This document shows positions 44,292 to 53,773 of a stretch of 64,000 nt of DNA, piece by piece. Positions within the stretch are counted from its first letter, which is position 1, and each line of letters begins with the position of its first letter. Under the pieces are notes generated by a model. The model saw only the letters and a list, made by a program, of their open reading frames with translations. It was not told where the DNA came from and did not search any database. The translations under genes were made by a program, and so were the position numbers. This DNA comes from Acutalibacteraceae bacterium (lineage in GTDB: Bacteria > Bacillota > Clostridia > Oscillospirales > Acutalibacteraceae), in assembly GCA_045533185.1 (NCBI GenBank), contig JAZSHK010000073.1, positions 1,287 to 65,286 on the forward strand, read 5' to 3'.

Positions 44292-44577
44292 TTGCAATTT
44301 CAGAAAATGATGCTATAATACTTAATAACGCTGTGATCGAGAGAGTACGCATCGGATCAGCATCCCAGAGAGAGGCGCCTTGGCTGAAAGCGTCTTATGC
44401 CCCGTCGATGCCGAAGTTCACTCGTGAGCGGCCGCGCTCAACAAACACGCTGTTTCAGTAGGCGCGGACGGTGGATCCCGTTATCGATCACAAAAGTGTT
44501 TGCTTTTGCAAAAATTCAGGGTGGTACCGCGGAGATGCTGTCTTCGTCCCTATTGGGATGAGGGCACTTTTTATTTT
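44292..44577 (+). promoter_or_regulatory. Promoter plus T-box leader (Phe specifier) controlling pheST
   Basis: The promoter is TTGCAA-16-TGCTATAAT. Stem I has AGAGAGTA. The specifier loop reads GAA-TTC-A, with TTC at 44417-44419. The T-box sequence GGGTGGTACCGCG lies at 44518-44531. A terminator stem at 44539-44562 is followed by a T-run. Confidence 0.85.
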
Positions 44578-44615
44578 CTGCAAAAAATCTTACCTGACGG
44601 AAGGATGATAAACCA

Positions 44616-45641
44616 ATGAAAGAACAACTCGAGGCTCTGCGTGCGCAAGCACTGGAGGAGCTCAAATCACTGGAATCCCCGAAGGAATTAGAGGATTTCC
44701 GTGTGCGTTATATGGGCAAGAAAGGCTCGGTGACGGGCCTTCTGCGCGGTATGGGCGCACTCCCTGCCGAGGAGCGTCCCGTGATGGGTCAGCTGGTCAA
44801 CCAGCTTCGTCAGGAGCTGGAGGATGCCGTCACAGAGAAAAATCAGGCCGTGCAGGCAAAGCTGCAAAAGGAACAGCTCGAGAAAGAGAAGCTGGACGTC
44901 ACGATGCCCGGCAAAAAGGTTGCGAGCGGCGGCTTGCATCCCCTTAACGTCGTGCTCGATGACATCATCGACATCTTCCAGTCGATGGGCTTTGATGTGA
45001 TCGACGGGCCCGAGGTGGAGACGGATTATTATTGTTTCCAGGCGCTCAACGTGCCGGAGGACCACCCCGCGCGCGATATGCAGGACACCTTCTATCTGAC
45101 GGATAATCTGCTGCTCCGTACCCAGACCTCCGCGGCGCAGGCGCGCACGATGGAAGCGACCAAGCCTCCCATTCGCGTCATCTGCCCCGGCCGTGTGTAC
45201 CGCGCCGACGAGGTCGATGCGACACACTCCCCCGTGTTCCACCAGATCGAGGGTCTGGTCATCGACAAGGGCGTGACGATGTGCGATCTCAAGGGCGTTC
45301 TCGAGCAGTTCGCGCACGAGATCTACGGCGAAGATACCCGGATTCGTTTCCGCCCCTCCTTCTTCCCCTTCACCGAGCCGAGCGTCGAGGTCGACGTCAC
45401 CTGCTCGGCGTGCGGCGGCAAGGGCTGCCGTGTGTGTAAGGGCGCGGGCTGGATCGAGATCCTCGGCGCCGGAATGGTGCATCCACGCGTGCTGGAGATG
45501 GGCGGTATCGACCCCGAGGAGTATTCGGGCTTTGCATTCGGCATCGGCCTTGATCGCTTAACCACCACCCGCTACAAAATCAGCGATATTCGTCTGCTGT
45601 TCGAGAACGATCTGCGTTTCCTCGAGCAGTTCGACCGATAA
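44616..45641 (+). CDS. pheS: Phenylalanine--tRNA ligase alpha subunit
   Basis: Class II motifs are present ([30 protein letters not shown]). Confidence 0.95.
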   Translation: MKEQLEALRAQALEELKSLESPKELEDFRVRYMGKKGSVTGLLRGMGALPAEERPVMGQLVNQLRQELEDAVTEKNQAVQAKLQKEQLEKEKLDVTMPGKKVASGGLHPLNVVLDDIIDIFQSMGFDVIDGPEVETDYYCFQALNVPEDHPARDMQDTFYLTDNLLLRTQTSAAQARTMEATKPPIRVICPGRVYRADEVDATHSPVFHQIEGLVIDKGVTMCDLKGVLEQFAHEIYGEDTRIRFRPSFFPFTEPSVEVDVTCSACGGKGCRVCKGAGWIEILGAGMVHPRVLEMGGIDPEEYSGFAFGIGLDRLTTTRYKISDIRLLFENDLRFLEQFDR

Positions 45642-45655
45642 GGAGGGCTTACGCT

Positions 45656-48046
45656 ATGAATATTTCGTTAAGCTGGCTCAAGAAGTATGTTGATATTGAC
45701 GTTCCCGTTGAGGAGCTTTGTGAAAAAATGATCCGCAGCGGCTTTGAGGTCGAGAGCATCGAGGACCTGTCCGAGACGATGAAAAACATCGTTGTCGGTA
45801 AGGTAGTGTCGATGGAAAAGCACCCCGATTCCGACCATCTTTGGATCTGTCAGGTGAATATCGGTGCAGATGAGCCCATTCAGATCATTACGGGTGCGCA
45901 GAATGTCTTTGTGGGTGCGACCGTACCTGCCGCTCTGCACAATTCTTACCTCCCCGACGGTACCCATATCACGAAGGGCAAGCTGCGCGGGTTGCCGTCA
46001 AACGGTATGCTCTGCTCGGGCGAGGAGCTCGCTCTCAAAGCGGGCGACTTCCCCGGCTGTGATGTGTACGGCATTATGATTATGGACGATTCCTATGCCG
46101 CCGGCACGGATATGCGTGAGGTGCTGCATCTGGACGACTACATCATTGACTTCAAGATCACCGCCAACCGCCCCGACTGCAACTGCGTAATGGGCGTTGC
46201 ACGTGAGGCGGCGGTCGCTCTGGGCAAGGAATTCCGCGAGCCTGTCCCCGCATTCAAGGCGAACGATGAAAGCATCCACGACTATATCAAAGTCCGCGTG
46301 GAGGATTATGAGCTTTGCCCGCGCTATATGGGCCGAATCGTTAAAAATCTACGCATCAAAGAATCTCCCGACTGGATGAAGCAGTGCCTTAAAGCGGCGG
46401 GGATGCGCCCGATCAACAACATCGTGGATATTACCAACTACGTGTTGCTTGAAACAGGCCACCCGATGCACGCATTCGATCTGCGTGACATTCGCGGCAA
46501 CGAGATCATCGTCCGCCGTGCGAAAAACGGCGAGGAAATCACCACGTTGGATGACAAGGCACACACCTTGACAGACGAGATGCTGGTCATCGCCGATGCG
46601 GAAGGCCCCTCCTGCATCGCGGGTATTATGGGTGGTCTCAACAGCGAGATCAAGGAAGACACCAAGGATCTGTTCTTCGAGTGTGCCAAGTTCCGCCGCG
46701 ACAATGTGCGCCGCACCGCTCGAACACTCGGTATGCGCACCGAGGCTAGTGCTCGTTATGAGCGCGGCGTGGACATCATTGGTGTGGAATATGCGATGAA
46801 CCGCGCTCTGCAGCTCATCGAAGAGCTGGATGCGGGTGACATCGTCGACGGTGTGATCGATCTCAACGACGGTCTCCCCACCCCTCGTGTGCTCACCGTC
46901 CCCGCCAAGCGAGTGAACGATCTGCTCGGCATCGAAGTGCCCTACGACACCATTGTGAAAATCCTTAACCTGCTGACCATCGACACGACCATTGAGGATG
47001 GCGTACTGACCTGCCATATCCCCTCACATCGCGACGATATCGAGGGCGCGGCGGATCTGTCCGAAGAGGTGATGCGCATCTATGGCTGTGAGCATATCGT
47101 GTCCACCCCGATGCGCGGTGACATCATCCGTGGCAAAAAGCTGCCCGAACGCATCAAGACCGACCGCGTAAAGAGAGCGCTGATCGCCCGCGAGATGCGC
47201 GAGATCTCCACGTATTCCTTCATCAGCAGTAAGGCAGTGGACAGCCTGCGCCTTGCCGCTGACGACACCCGTCGTCAGGCGGTCACGTTGCTTAATCCTC
47301 TCGGAGAAGAATATTCCACGATGCGCACCCAGCTCATTACCAGTATGCTCACCGTGCTGCAGACCAACTACAGCCGTAAGATTCCCGCGGTGCGCTTCTT
47401 CGAGACCAGCAAGCGGTTTGTCCCGCAGGCACTCCCCTTAACCGAGCAGCCGTTGGAGATTCCCACGCTGTCGTTGGGTATCTACGGCGCGAATGAGGAT
47501 TTCTTTACGCTCAAAGGCATCCTTGAGAGTCTGCTCGACTCCTTCGGCATTACTGCGGAATACACGGCTTCAAGCGAGCCGTATCTGCATCCCGGCCGTC
47601 AGGCGACAGCGAGCATCGGCGAGCAGAAGCTCGCGGTATTCGGCGAGGTCCATCCCGATGTGGCTGCCGATTGCGGCATCGACACCCGCGCGTATGTCGC
47701 CGAGGTCGATCTGCAGGCGCTGTTCTCCATCGAGAGTCCCCGTGTAATCTACAAGGCACTCCCCCGCTTCCCTGCCGTCGAACGTGACCTCGCTCTGCTG
47801 TGCAATGTGGAGATGCCGGTCGCCGAGATTGAGAGGATCATCCGTAAGGCGGGTGGTAAGATCCTTGACAGCGTCGCGTTGTTTGACGTCTATCAGGGCG
47901 CACAGATCGAGGCGGGCAAGAAGAGCGTGGCCTACAGCCTTAAGTTCCGCTCGCCCGACCGCACCCTGTCCGACGAGGATATTGACCCCATTTTGAGCAA
48001 GATTTTTGAAAAATTGCAGGAAAATAACTGTATTCTTCGTTCTTGA
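45656..48046 (+). CDS. pheT: Phenylalanine--tRNA ligase beta subunit
   Basis: 796-aa protein with an N-terminal tRNA-binding domain and B3/4, B5 and FDX-ACB-like C-terminal domains. It follows pheS directly. Confidence 0.95.
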   Translation: MNISLSWLKKYVDIDVPVEELCEKMIRSGFEVESIEDLSETMKNIVVGKVVSMEKHPDSDHLWICQVNIGADEPIQIITGAQNVFVGATVPAALHNSYLPDGTHITKGKLRGLPSNGMLCSGEELALKAGDFPGCDVYGIMIMDDSYAAGTDMREVLHLDDYIIDFKITANRPDCNCVMGVAREAAVALGKEFREPVPAFKANDESIHDYIKVRVEDYELCPRYMGRIVKNLRIKESPDWMKQCLKAAGMRPINNIVDITNYVLLETGHPMHAFDLRDIRGNEIIVRRAKNGEEITTLDDKAHTLTDEMLVIADAEGPSCIAGIMGGLNSEIKEDTKDLFFECAKFRRDNVRRTARTLGMRTEASARYERGVDIIGVEYAMNRALQLIEELDAGDIVDGVIDLNDGLPTPRVLTVPAKRVNDLLGIEVPYDTIVKILNLLTIDTTIEDGVLTCHIPSHRDDIEGAADLSEEVMRIYGCEHIVSTPMRGDIIRGKKLPERIKTDRVKRALIAREMREISTYSFISSKAVDSLRLAADDTRRQAVTLLNPLGEEYSTMRTQLITSMLTVLQTNYSRKIPAVRFFETSKRFVPQALPLTEQPLEIPTLSLGIYGANEDFFTLKGILESLLDSFGITAEYTASSEPYLHPGRQATASIGEQKLAVFGEVHPDVAADCGIDTRAYVAEVDLQALFSIESPRVIYKALPRFPAVERDLALLCNVEMPVAEIERIIRKAGGKILDSVALFDVYQGAQIEAGKKSVAYSLKFRSPDRTLSDEDIDPILSKIFEKLQENNCILRS

Positions 48047-48122
48047 TACTTGTAAAATCCAATTTTATGCGTTATAATAAACAAAGAATTAATGTGTTTT
48101 AACACAGATGGAGGCGAATGCT

Positions 48123-48368
48123 ATGCTGGACAGAACGATGACGTTTTCCCTCGGCGACGATAAAGAGCAAGCGATGAAGGTCATTCTGACGACCGTCTAT
48201 GACGCTCTGCGCGAAAAGGGCTATAACCCGATCAACCAGTTGGTCGGCTATCTGCTTTCGGAGGATCCAACATACATCACGACCCATAACAACGCCAGAG
48301 CGCTGATCCGTCGTCTCGACCGCGACGAGCTGATGCGCGCGCTGGTGAGCTCGTATCTTAACAACTAA
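48123..48368 (+). CDS. IreB family regulatory phosphoprotein (UPF0297)
   Basis: GGAGG precedes ATG 48123. The pattern [29 protein letters not shown] is the UPF0297 signature. Confidence 0.85.
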   Translation: MLDRTMTFSLGDDKEQAMKVILTTVYDALREKGYNPINQLVGYLLSEDPTYITTHNNARALIRRLDRDELMRALVSSYLNN

Positions 48369-48380
48369 GGAGGCCCGAGA

Positions 48381-48680
48381 ATGGCTGAAGCAAAGAAGGA
48401 CGCGACCCCTTTCCTGATGTATAAAGGTCGCCCGCTGGTGCGCTCCGGCAACACGCTGTATTACGGCAGTATGGCGGAGGATTACGTCATTATGATGCAG
48501 ATCCTCTCCACCAAGGATGCCAACGATATGACGATGGCGGAGAAGATCCAGATCCAGCTGATGGCGACCGACCCCGACATCCGTATGAAGGACCGCATCA
48601 TTAAAAAGAGCGAAAAAGTCGGTCTGTACAACGCGATGGACATCGGCAGCATCTGGCTTGAGCGCGCACTGAACAAGTAA
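48381..48680 (+). CDS. Hypothetical small protein
   Basis: AAGGAGG RBS is present. It appears to be co-transcribed with ireB and is followed by a terminator. No family recognised. Confidence 0.6.
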   Translation: MAEAKKDATPFLMYKGRPLVRSGNTLYYGSMAEDYVIMMQILSTKDANDMTMAEKIQIQLMATDPDIRMKDRIIKKSEKVGLYNAMDIGSIWLERALNK

Positions 48681-48687
48681 CACTGCG

Positions 48688-48721
48688 AAAGGTCCTCGGC
48701 ACGATAGCCGAGGACCTTTTC
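48688..48721 (+). terminator. Rho-independent terminator
   Basis: AAAGGTCCTCGGC / GCCGAGGACCTTT stem followed by TTTC. Confidence 0.8.
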
Positions 48722-48797
48722 ATACTTCAAATTCATAATTTGCTAACAATAATTCCTTAAAACAAGGTATACTAGATTTGTCTGCGAGGTGAGAGCA

Positions 48798-49514
48798 ATG
48801 AATGACAAAAACGACGCCAAATACCAAAAACGCCGCAAAATCTTTGCGGCTATCTCGATCGTGGCGTTTGCCGCAGTCATTGTTCTGCTCTCCTGGTTAT
48901 TCATTAAGGTATTCTCCCCTTATATGAAATCATCCGAGGAATTCCGCGCATTTCTCGAGGCATACGGGTGGCGCGGGCGGCTGATCCTTTTCGGCTTACA
49001 ATGTGTGCAGGTCGTCATTGCCCTCATCCCCGGCGAAGTAATCGAGCTCGGTGCCGGCTATGCTTACGGTGCGCTGGAAGGTACACTCATCTGTATGGCC
49101 GGTGTAGCGCTGTCCTCCTCTCTCATCTTTTGGCTGACGAAAAAATTCGGTACACCGCTTGTTGAGCTGTTTATTTCTCGAGAAAAAATCAACGAACTCC
49201 GCTTTATCAACAGTGAGAAAAAACTTAAGCGCTTGATCTTTCTTCTCTTCTTTATCCCCGGCACTCCGAAGGATGTTCTCACCTATTTCGTCGGCTTAAC
49301 CAATATCCGCTTATCTCAGTTTTTAATCATTTCGCTGGTCGCGCGCATTCCCTCCTTGCTCTCCTCCACTCTTTGCGGGGGATATCTGGGGAAGGAACGT
49401 TATATCTCCGCGCTGATCATCTACGCAATCACTGCTGCGGTCAGTATTACGGGGTATCTGATATATAATAAATTCATTTCTAAGAAGCAACAATCGGAAA
49501 GCCAACAGCCGTAA
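48798..49514 (+). CDS. TVP38/TMEM64 (DedA-related, VTT domain) membrane protein
   Basis: GAGGTGA precedes ATG 48798. It is a multi-TM protein with PGE..E...G and FIPGTPKD motifs. Confidence 0.8.
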   Translation: MNDKNDAKYQKRRKIFAAISIVAFAAVIVLLSWLFIKVFSPYMKSSEEFRAFLEAYGWRGRLILFGLQCVQVVIALIPGEVIELGAGYAYGALEGTLICMAGVALSSSLIFWLTKKFGTPLVELFISREKINELRFINSEKKLKRLIFLLFFIPGTPKDVLTYFVGLTNIRLSQFLIISLVARIPSLLSSTLCGGYLGKERYISALIIYAITAAVSITGYLIYNKFISKKQQSESQQP

Positions 49515-49597
49515 CGCTGTTGGCTTTTTTCTTGCACCATTGTGCGGACAACTCATACACTGGTAATGATGAAATCATTTTGAAAGGAGCCGGTGTT

Positions 49598-49768
49598 ATG
49601 AACGAGCAAAAATCCAAGTTCCCCAGCGATCCGGTCGTCGCTATGGCGTATGTCCCGTGGCAGCAACTGGAAGAAGTCTATGAGCCGAAAGTCGCTCTTC
49701 GGCACGGGACAATTTTCCCCGAGCTGCACAAACCCTTTATGGCGGGAGGTCGATGCTGCCGTGGTTAA
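49598..49768 (+). CDS. cotJA: Spore coat-associated protein CotJA
   Basis: AAAGGAG precedes ATG 49598. The pattern AYVPWQ...YEP..AL..GTIFPEL.KPF is the CotJA signature. Confidence 0.8.
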   Translation: MNEQKSKFPSDPVVAMAYVPWQQLEEVYEPKVALRHGTIFPELHKPFMAGGRCCRG

Positions 49769-50024
49769 CTGCAATGAACTACGTGAGCGAATTCGCGCAT
49801 ATCAATTCGCGCTCTACGATCTCGAACTGTTTATGAACACGCATCCGAATGACCGCCAGGCACAGCAGTTGCGCGCCATCTACCGTGAAAAGCTGTGCAA
49901 ACTTATCGATGCCTACGAACAGCACTACGGCACATTTGTAATGACAAAAGCGGATGTCGAAGGCTCTTGGAACGAATGGATCTGCGATCCGTGGCCGTGG
50001 GATAATACGAAAGGAGCGCGGTAA
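49761..50024 (+). CDS. cotJB: Spore coat protein CotJB
   Basis: A probable GTG start follows GGGAGG and overlaps the cotJA stop. The sequence LRERIRAYQFALYDLELFMNTHPND is the CotJB signature. Confidence 0.75.
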   Translation: MVNCNELRERIRAYQFALYDLELFMNTHPNDRQAQQLRAIYREKLCKLIDAYEQHYGTFVMTKADVEGSWNEWICDPWPWDNTKGAR

Positions 50025-50026
50025 GT

Positions 50027-50635
50027 ATGTGGCAATATGAGAAAAAGCTTCAATATCCCGTCAACATCAAAAATACCAACCCCGCTATGGCGCGGTTGAT
50101 CATCAGCCAGTACGGCGGCCCTGACGGTGAGATCGGTGCGTCCCTTCGGTATCTGAGCCAGCGCTATGCAATGCCTTACCCCGAGCTCAAAGCGATCTTA
50201 ACGGACATCGGCACGGAAGAACTCGCCCACCTCGAAATGGTGTCCGCGATCGTCTATCAGCTGACTAAGAATATGACCGAGGACGAGATCAAGCGCAGCG
50301 GTATTGCCCCCTATTTCGTCGACCATACCGCGGGAGTATATCCTGTGGCCGCCTCGGGACAGACGTACGATGCCGCTATGTTCCAGTCCAAGGGCGATCC
50401 CATCACCGATCTGCACGAGGATCTTGCCGCCGAGCAGAAAGCGCGCACGACCTACGACAACCTCATTCGCCTTGTCGATGATCCCGATGTGCTGGAGCCC
50501 TTAAAGTTCCTGCGCCAGCGCGAGGTCGCGCACTATCAGCGCTTCGGAGAAGGTTTACGAATCCTCACCGACCGTCTCAACAGCAAAAATTTCTATGCGT
50601 TCAACCCGAGCTTTGACAAAGGGTGCGCGAAATAA
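50027..50635 (+). CDS. cotJC: Manganese-catalase-family spore coat protein CotJC
   Basis: The sequence MWQYEKKLQYPV...GGPDGE..A.LRYLSQR...ELAHLEM is present. Confidence 0.9.
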   Translation: MWQYEKKLQYPVNIKNTNPAMARLIISQYGGPDGEIGASLRYLSQRYAMPYPELKAILTDIGTEELAHLEMVSAIVYQLTKNMTEDEIKRSGIAPYFVDHTAGVYPVAASGQTYDAAMFQSKGDPITDLHEDLAAEQKARTTYDNLIRLVDDPDVLEPLKFLRQREVAHYQRFGEGLRILTDRLNSKNFYAFNPSFDKGCAK

Positions 50636-50639
50636 GCCA

Positions 50640-50675
50640 AAGGGCACAGTGCTGACGCACTGTGCCCTTAATTTT
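50640..50675. terminator. Bidirectional terminator
   Basis: AAGGGCACAGTGC / GCACTGTGCCCTT stem between convergent genes. Confidence 0.75.
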
Positions 50676-50679
50676 GTTA

Positions 50680-51171
50680 TCAGTTTTCGCTGTCGGTGCT
50701 CTGCTGAGGACGACCGTTACGCAGTGTGGCGCGCGCCTGACGCACCTGCGCGACCTGCTGAGAGAGGGTCTCCTCGGTATGACGCAGCAGATCGTCCGCA
50801 AACTCCTGCGCAGTCTTGCGCATATCACGGGCACGCTTCTGCGTCTGTGCCTGAATCTCATTCGCTCTCTCCTGCGCTTGCACGACCATCTCATCGTGAG
50901 ACAGGATCTGATTGCGGCGCTCCTCGGCATTGCGGATGATCGACTCCGCTTCCTTCTTCGCTGTTTCAACAATCTCCGTGCGATCCTTCACGATCGCGCA
51001 CGCCTGACGGATCTCTCCGGGTAAATTGCTGCGGATGGAATCGATCAGCTTGCGGATGCGCTCTGCGTCCACCACGATCTTGCCGCCGGACAGGGGCATC
51101 GCCCACGCCTCATCCAAAATATCATCAATCTGCTCCAGGATGTCTTCCACACTCATATTCATCATTTTCAT
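50680..51171 (-). CDS. Coiled-coil protein (ATPase subunit b/E-like), function unknown
   Basis: I chose ATG 51171, just after the coaD stop. The sequence is long, charged and heptad-like (EAESIIRNAEERRNQIL...). Confidence 0.65.
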   Translation of the reverse strand: MKMMNMSVEDILEQIDDILDEAWAMPLSGGKIVVDAERIRKLIDSIRSNLPGEIRQACAIVKDRTEIVETAKKEAESIIRNAEERRNQILSHDEMVVQAQERANEIQAQTQKRARDMRKTAQEFADDLLRHTEETLSQQVAQVRQARATLRNGRPQQSTDSEN

Positions 51172-51175
51172 TGTT

Positions 51176-51667
51176 TCAATCGTCCTTTCTGTATTTTGCA
51201 ATGATGTCCGATAAAATGCAAGGGGGTACAAAGGCGGAAATATCGCCGCCGTAATGCGCAACTTGTTTGACCAGGCTGGAGGATAAATACATATGCTCTG
51301 CTGAGGTAGTCAAGAAAACGGTCTCGGCAGACGGATTGAGCTTGCTGTTCGTCAATGCCATCTGAAACTCATACTCAAAATCCGTGACAGCGCGAAGGCC
51401 CTTCACGATCACATCAGCGTTGCATTGCTTGGCATAATCGGCTAGCAGTCCGTCGTAACAATCGACGACAACGCCGCTGAGGCCTGCCTCTTGGATTGCC
51501 CGATTGAGCAACTCCAGCCGCTCGATCTGTGTGAACAGCGGCGATTTTGCCGAGTTGGTCATTACGACCACGATCACACGATCAAACAGCTGAGAGGCGC
51601 GGCGAATAATATCAATATGTCCCAGTGTAACCGGATCAAAGCTACCCGGACAAATGGCTGTTTTCAT
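51176..51667 (-). CDS. coaD: Pantetheine-phosphate adenylyltransferase
   Basis: The sequence AICPGSFDPVTLGHIDII is the canonical CoaD N-terminus. Confidence 0.95.
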   Translation of the reverse strand: MKTAICPGSFDPVTLGHIDIIRRASQLFDRVIVVVMTNSAKSPLFTQIERLELLNRAIQEAGLSGVVVDCYDGLLADYAKQCNADVIVKGLRAVTDFEYEFQMALTNSKLNPSAETVFLTTSAEHMYLSSSLVKQVAHYGGDISAFVPPCILSDIIAKYRKDD

Positions 51668-52221
51668 TCGCTCCCCTCCTCAAACGCCGTATAGCGGTAT
51701 ATCCAGATATGTACCCGCCCGTATCGTCGGACACGATCAAGTGTAAAGCGATCAACCTTGTCGGGTAAAACCGTGTCCTCGTCGCTCTCGCAGATCAGAA
51801 TGCCGCCGTCGTTGACGTGCTTTGCTGCCTTTTCCAGTGTTGTCGGCAACAGCCCTGCCGAATACGGCGGATCAAGAAACACCAGATCAAAAGCATCCTT
51901 CGGGCGCTCAAGATACGACAGCGCATCGGTCGCTACCACCTGCGTTTGCGAGGATAACCCCGTTTTCAGCAGGTTTTGCTTAATGACGGCAACCGCCTCG
52001 GGGTTGCGATCAACAAACACGCAACCCGATGCACCGCGGCTGAGCGCCTCAATGCCGAGCTGACCCGAGCCTGCAAAAAGATCCAGCACGCGCCGCCCCT
52101 CAATATCGAATTGTATCGCCGAAAACAGCCCTTCCTTCACCTTGTCGGTTGTGGGGCGGGTGTCCTCTCCGGGCAGAGTTGTCAGTCGACAGCCTCTCGC
52201 CGTGCCGGTAATGACGCGCAT
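51664..52221 (-). CDS. rsmD: 16S rRNA (guanine966-N2)-methyltransferase
   Basis: RVITGTARG..L......TRPT.DKVKE.LF and DPPY motifs are present. It lies upstream of coaD, as in many bacteria. Confidence 0.9.
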   Translation of the reverse strand: MRVITGTARGCRLTTLPGEDTRPTTDKVKEGLFSAIQFDIEGRRVLDLFAGSGQLGIEALSRGASGCVFVDRNPEAVAVIKQNLLKTGLSSQTQVVATDALSYLERPKDAFDLVFLDPPYSAGLLPTTLEKAAKHVNDGGILICESDEDTVLPDKVDRFTLDRVRRYGRVHIWIYRYTAFEEGSE

Positions 52222-52235
52222 AGTTAAAATCCACC

Positions 52236-53285
52236 TTATTTTACTGAATCGACATGGTACTCGGTTGTCGTAATATATTCCTCACCCGCGCGCAGCACCG
52301 TCGTCGGGAAATGCGGATGATTCACGCTGTCAGGGAAATGCTGGGTCTCCATACAGAAGCCCTGAAAGCGCCCCCATTTAAGTCCTGCTTTACCGTCATT
52401 TTCACTCAGCGCGTGGCCGCCGTAGATCTGCAGGCCGGGCTCGGTCGTGCGGCACTCGACGCGGATGCCCGTATCAGGGCTGACGACCTGCGCCGCAACC
52501 ACCATCTTGCCGGTATGTTCGCGGGAGAGGACGAAGTTGTGGTCAATACCACCGCCTGCTGCCCACTCGCCGAGCGCGTTGAACGCCTCACCGATCGGCT
52601 TCGCTGCACGGAAATCCAGCGGTGAACCGTCGAGTGAAAGGAATTCGCCCGTCGGAATCAGGCAATCATCCACCGCGGTGATCTCATCCGCGGAAATCAT
52701 CAGCAGATTATTCTGAATCGGCGCGCCGTTGTAACCGTTGGGGTTAAAATAAGCGTGATTGGTCATATTGATCATCGTGTCTTTGTCCGACACCGCGTGA
52801 TAATTGATGCGAAGCGTGTCATCCTGCGTCAGTGTGTAGGTGACACTCACCTGCAGCGTGCCGGGATAATTCTCCTCGCCGTCGGGGCTGACCAGTGTAA
52901 AGGTCACGGACGGATCGACGGCATCATTTACCGCATAATCCCATAACCTTTTATCAAAGCCGACGTTGCCGCCGTGCAGATGGCAGCCGCGGGCTGCCTC
53001 ATTACAGTTGAGCTGAATGATCTCTCCGTTCAGCTCAAACCGACCACCCGCGATGCGATTGCCGAAACGACCGATGGCAGCGCCGATGAAAGAGCCGTTA
53101 CCGTTAACGTAGCCGGAAACCGTATCGTAACCGAGCAGAATATCCGTGCCGTTAAACACAAACGAATGCAAAGTCGCGCCGTAGGTGATTGCAGACACGA
53201 GTGTTCCTTTTTCATTCTCCATCGTGATCTTATACACATCACGACCGTCGGTCATTTTATCAAACAGATCAACAGAAATTGTCAT
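52236..53285 (-). CDS. Aldose 1-epimerase (galactose mutarotase family)
   Basis: GGAGG precedes ATG 53285. Using this start also removes the overlap with comEA that the track start 53393 creates. The motifs GG..GF....W and HGG... are typical of mutarotases. Confidence 0.85.
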   Translation of the reverse strand: MTISVDLFDKMTDGRDVYKITMENEKGTLVSAITYGATLHSFVFNGTDILLGYDTVSGYVNGNGSFIGAAIGRFGNRIAGGRFELNGEIIQLNCNEAARGCHLHGGNVGFDKRLWDYAVNDAVDPSVTFTLVSPDGEENYPGTLQVSVTYTLTQDDTLRINYHAVSDKDTMINMTNHAYFNPNGYNGAPIQNNLLMISADEITAVDDCLIPTGEFLSLDGSPLDFRAAKPIGEAFNALGEWAAGGGIDHNFVLSREHTGKMVVAAQVVSPDTGIRVECRTTEPGLQIYGGHALSENDGKAGLKWGRFQGFCMETQHFPDSVNHPHFPTTVLRAGEEYITTTEYHVDSVK

Positions 53286-53365
53286 ATACTTGCCTCCAAA
53301 TATATCACTGTAAACATTATGACATAAAGCGATAAAAATTTCAATACTTTTCGAGAAAACCGCTT

Positions 53366-53773
53366 TTATTCCAATGTAAAATGCGGGGACCATTCGTTAT
53401 AACGGGCATCACCGATCCCCTCCACCTGCTTAAGCTGAGACAGAGCAGTAAATCCGCCGATCTTATCGCGATACTCTATGATGCGTTGCGCAAAGACCTC
53501 CCCAATACCGGAAACGGACATCAGTTGCTCCTTTGTCGCGGTGTTCAGCGGAATTTTACCCGTTTGCGATTCGACAGCGGATGATTCCTCGGGCACATCG
53601 CTCGGCTCTTTGTCGCGATACACGACCCGAACAGTCTCTTTCTGCTCAAGGCCGGGAAATGACGGTGCCGTCAACCCGATAACCAAGAAAATCGCGGCAA
53701 GCATCAAGGTTGCGCCGCACCACAAAAGTCTCTCGACAGTAAAAAGACGTTTCAGTTTACTCCACATCCGCAT
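53366..53773 (-). CDS. comEA: ComEA-family DNA-binding protein (helix-hairpin-helix)
   Basis: There is an N-terminal TM. The C-terminus reads LNTATKEQLMSVSGIGEVFAQRIIEYR...F......L..V.GIG. Confidence 0.85.
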   Translation of the reverse strand: MRMWSKLKRLFTVERLLWCGATLMLAAIFLVIGLTAPSFPGLEQKETVRVVYRDKEPSDVPEESSAVESQTGKIPLNTATKEQLMSVSGIGEVFAQRIIEYRDKIGGFTALSQLKQVEGIGDARYNEWSPHFTLE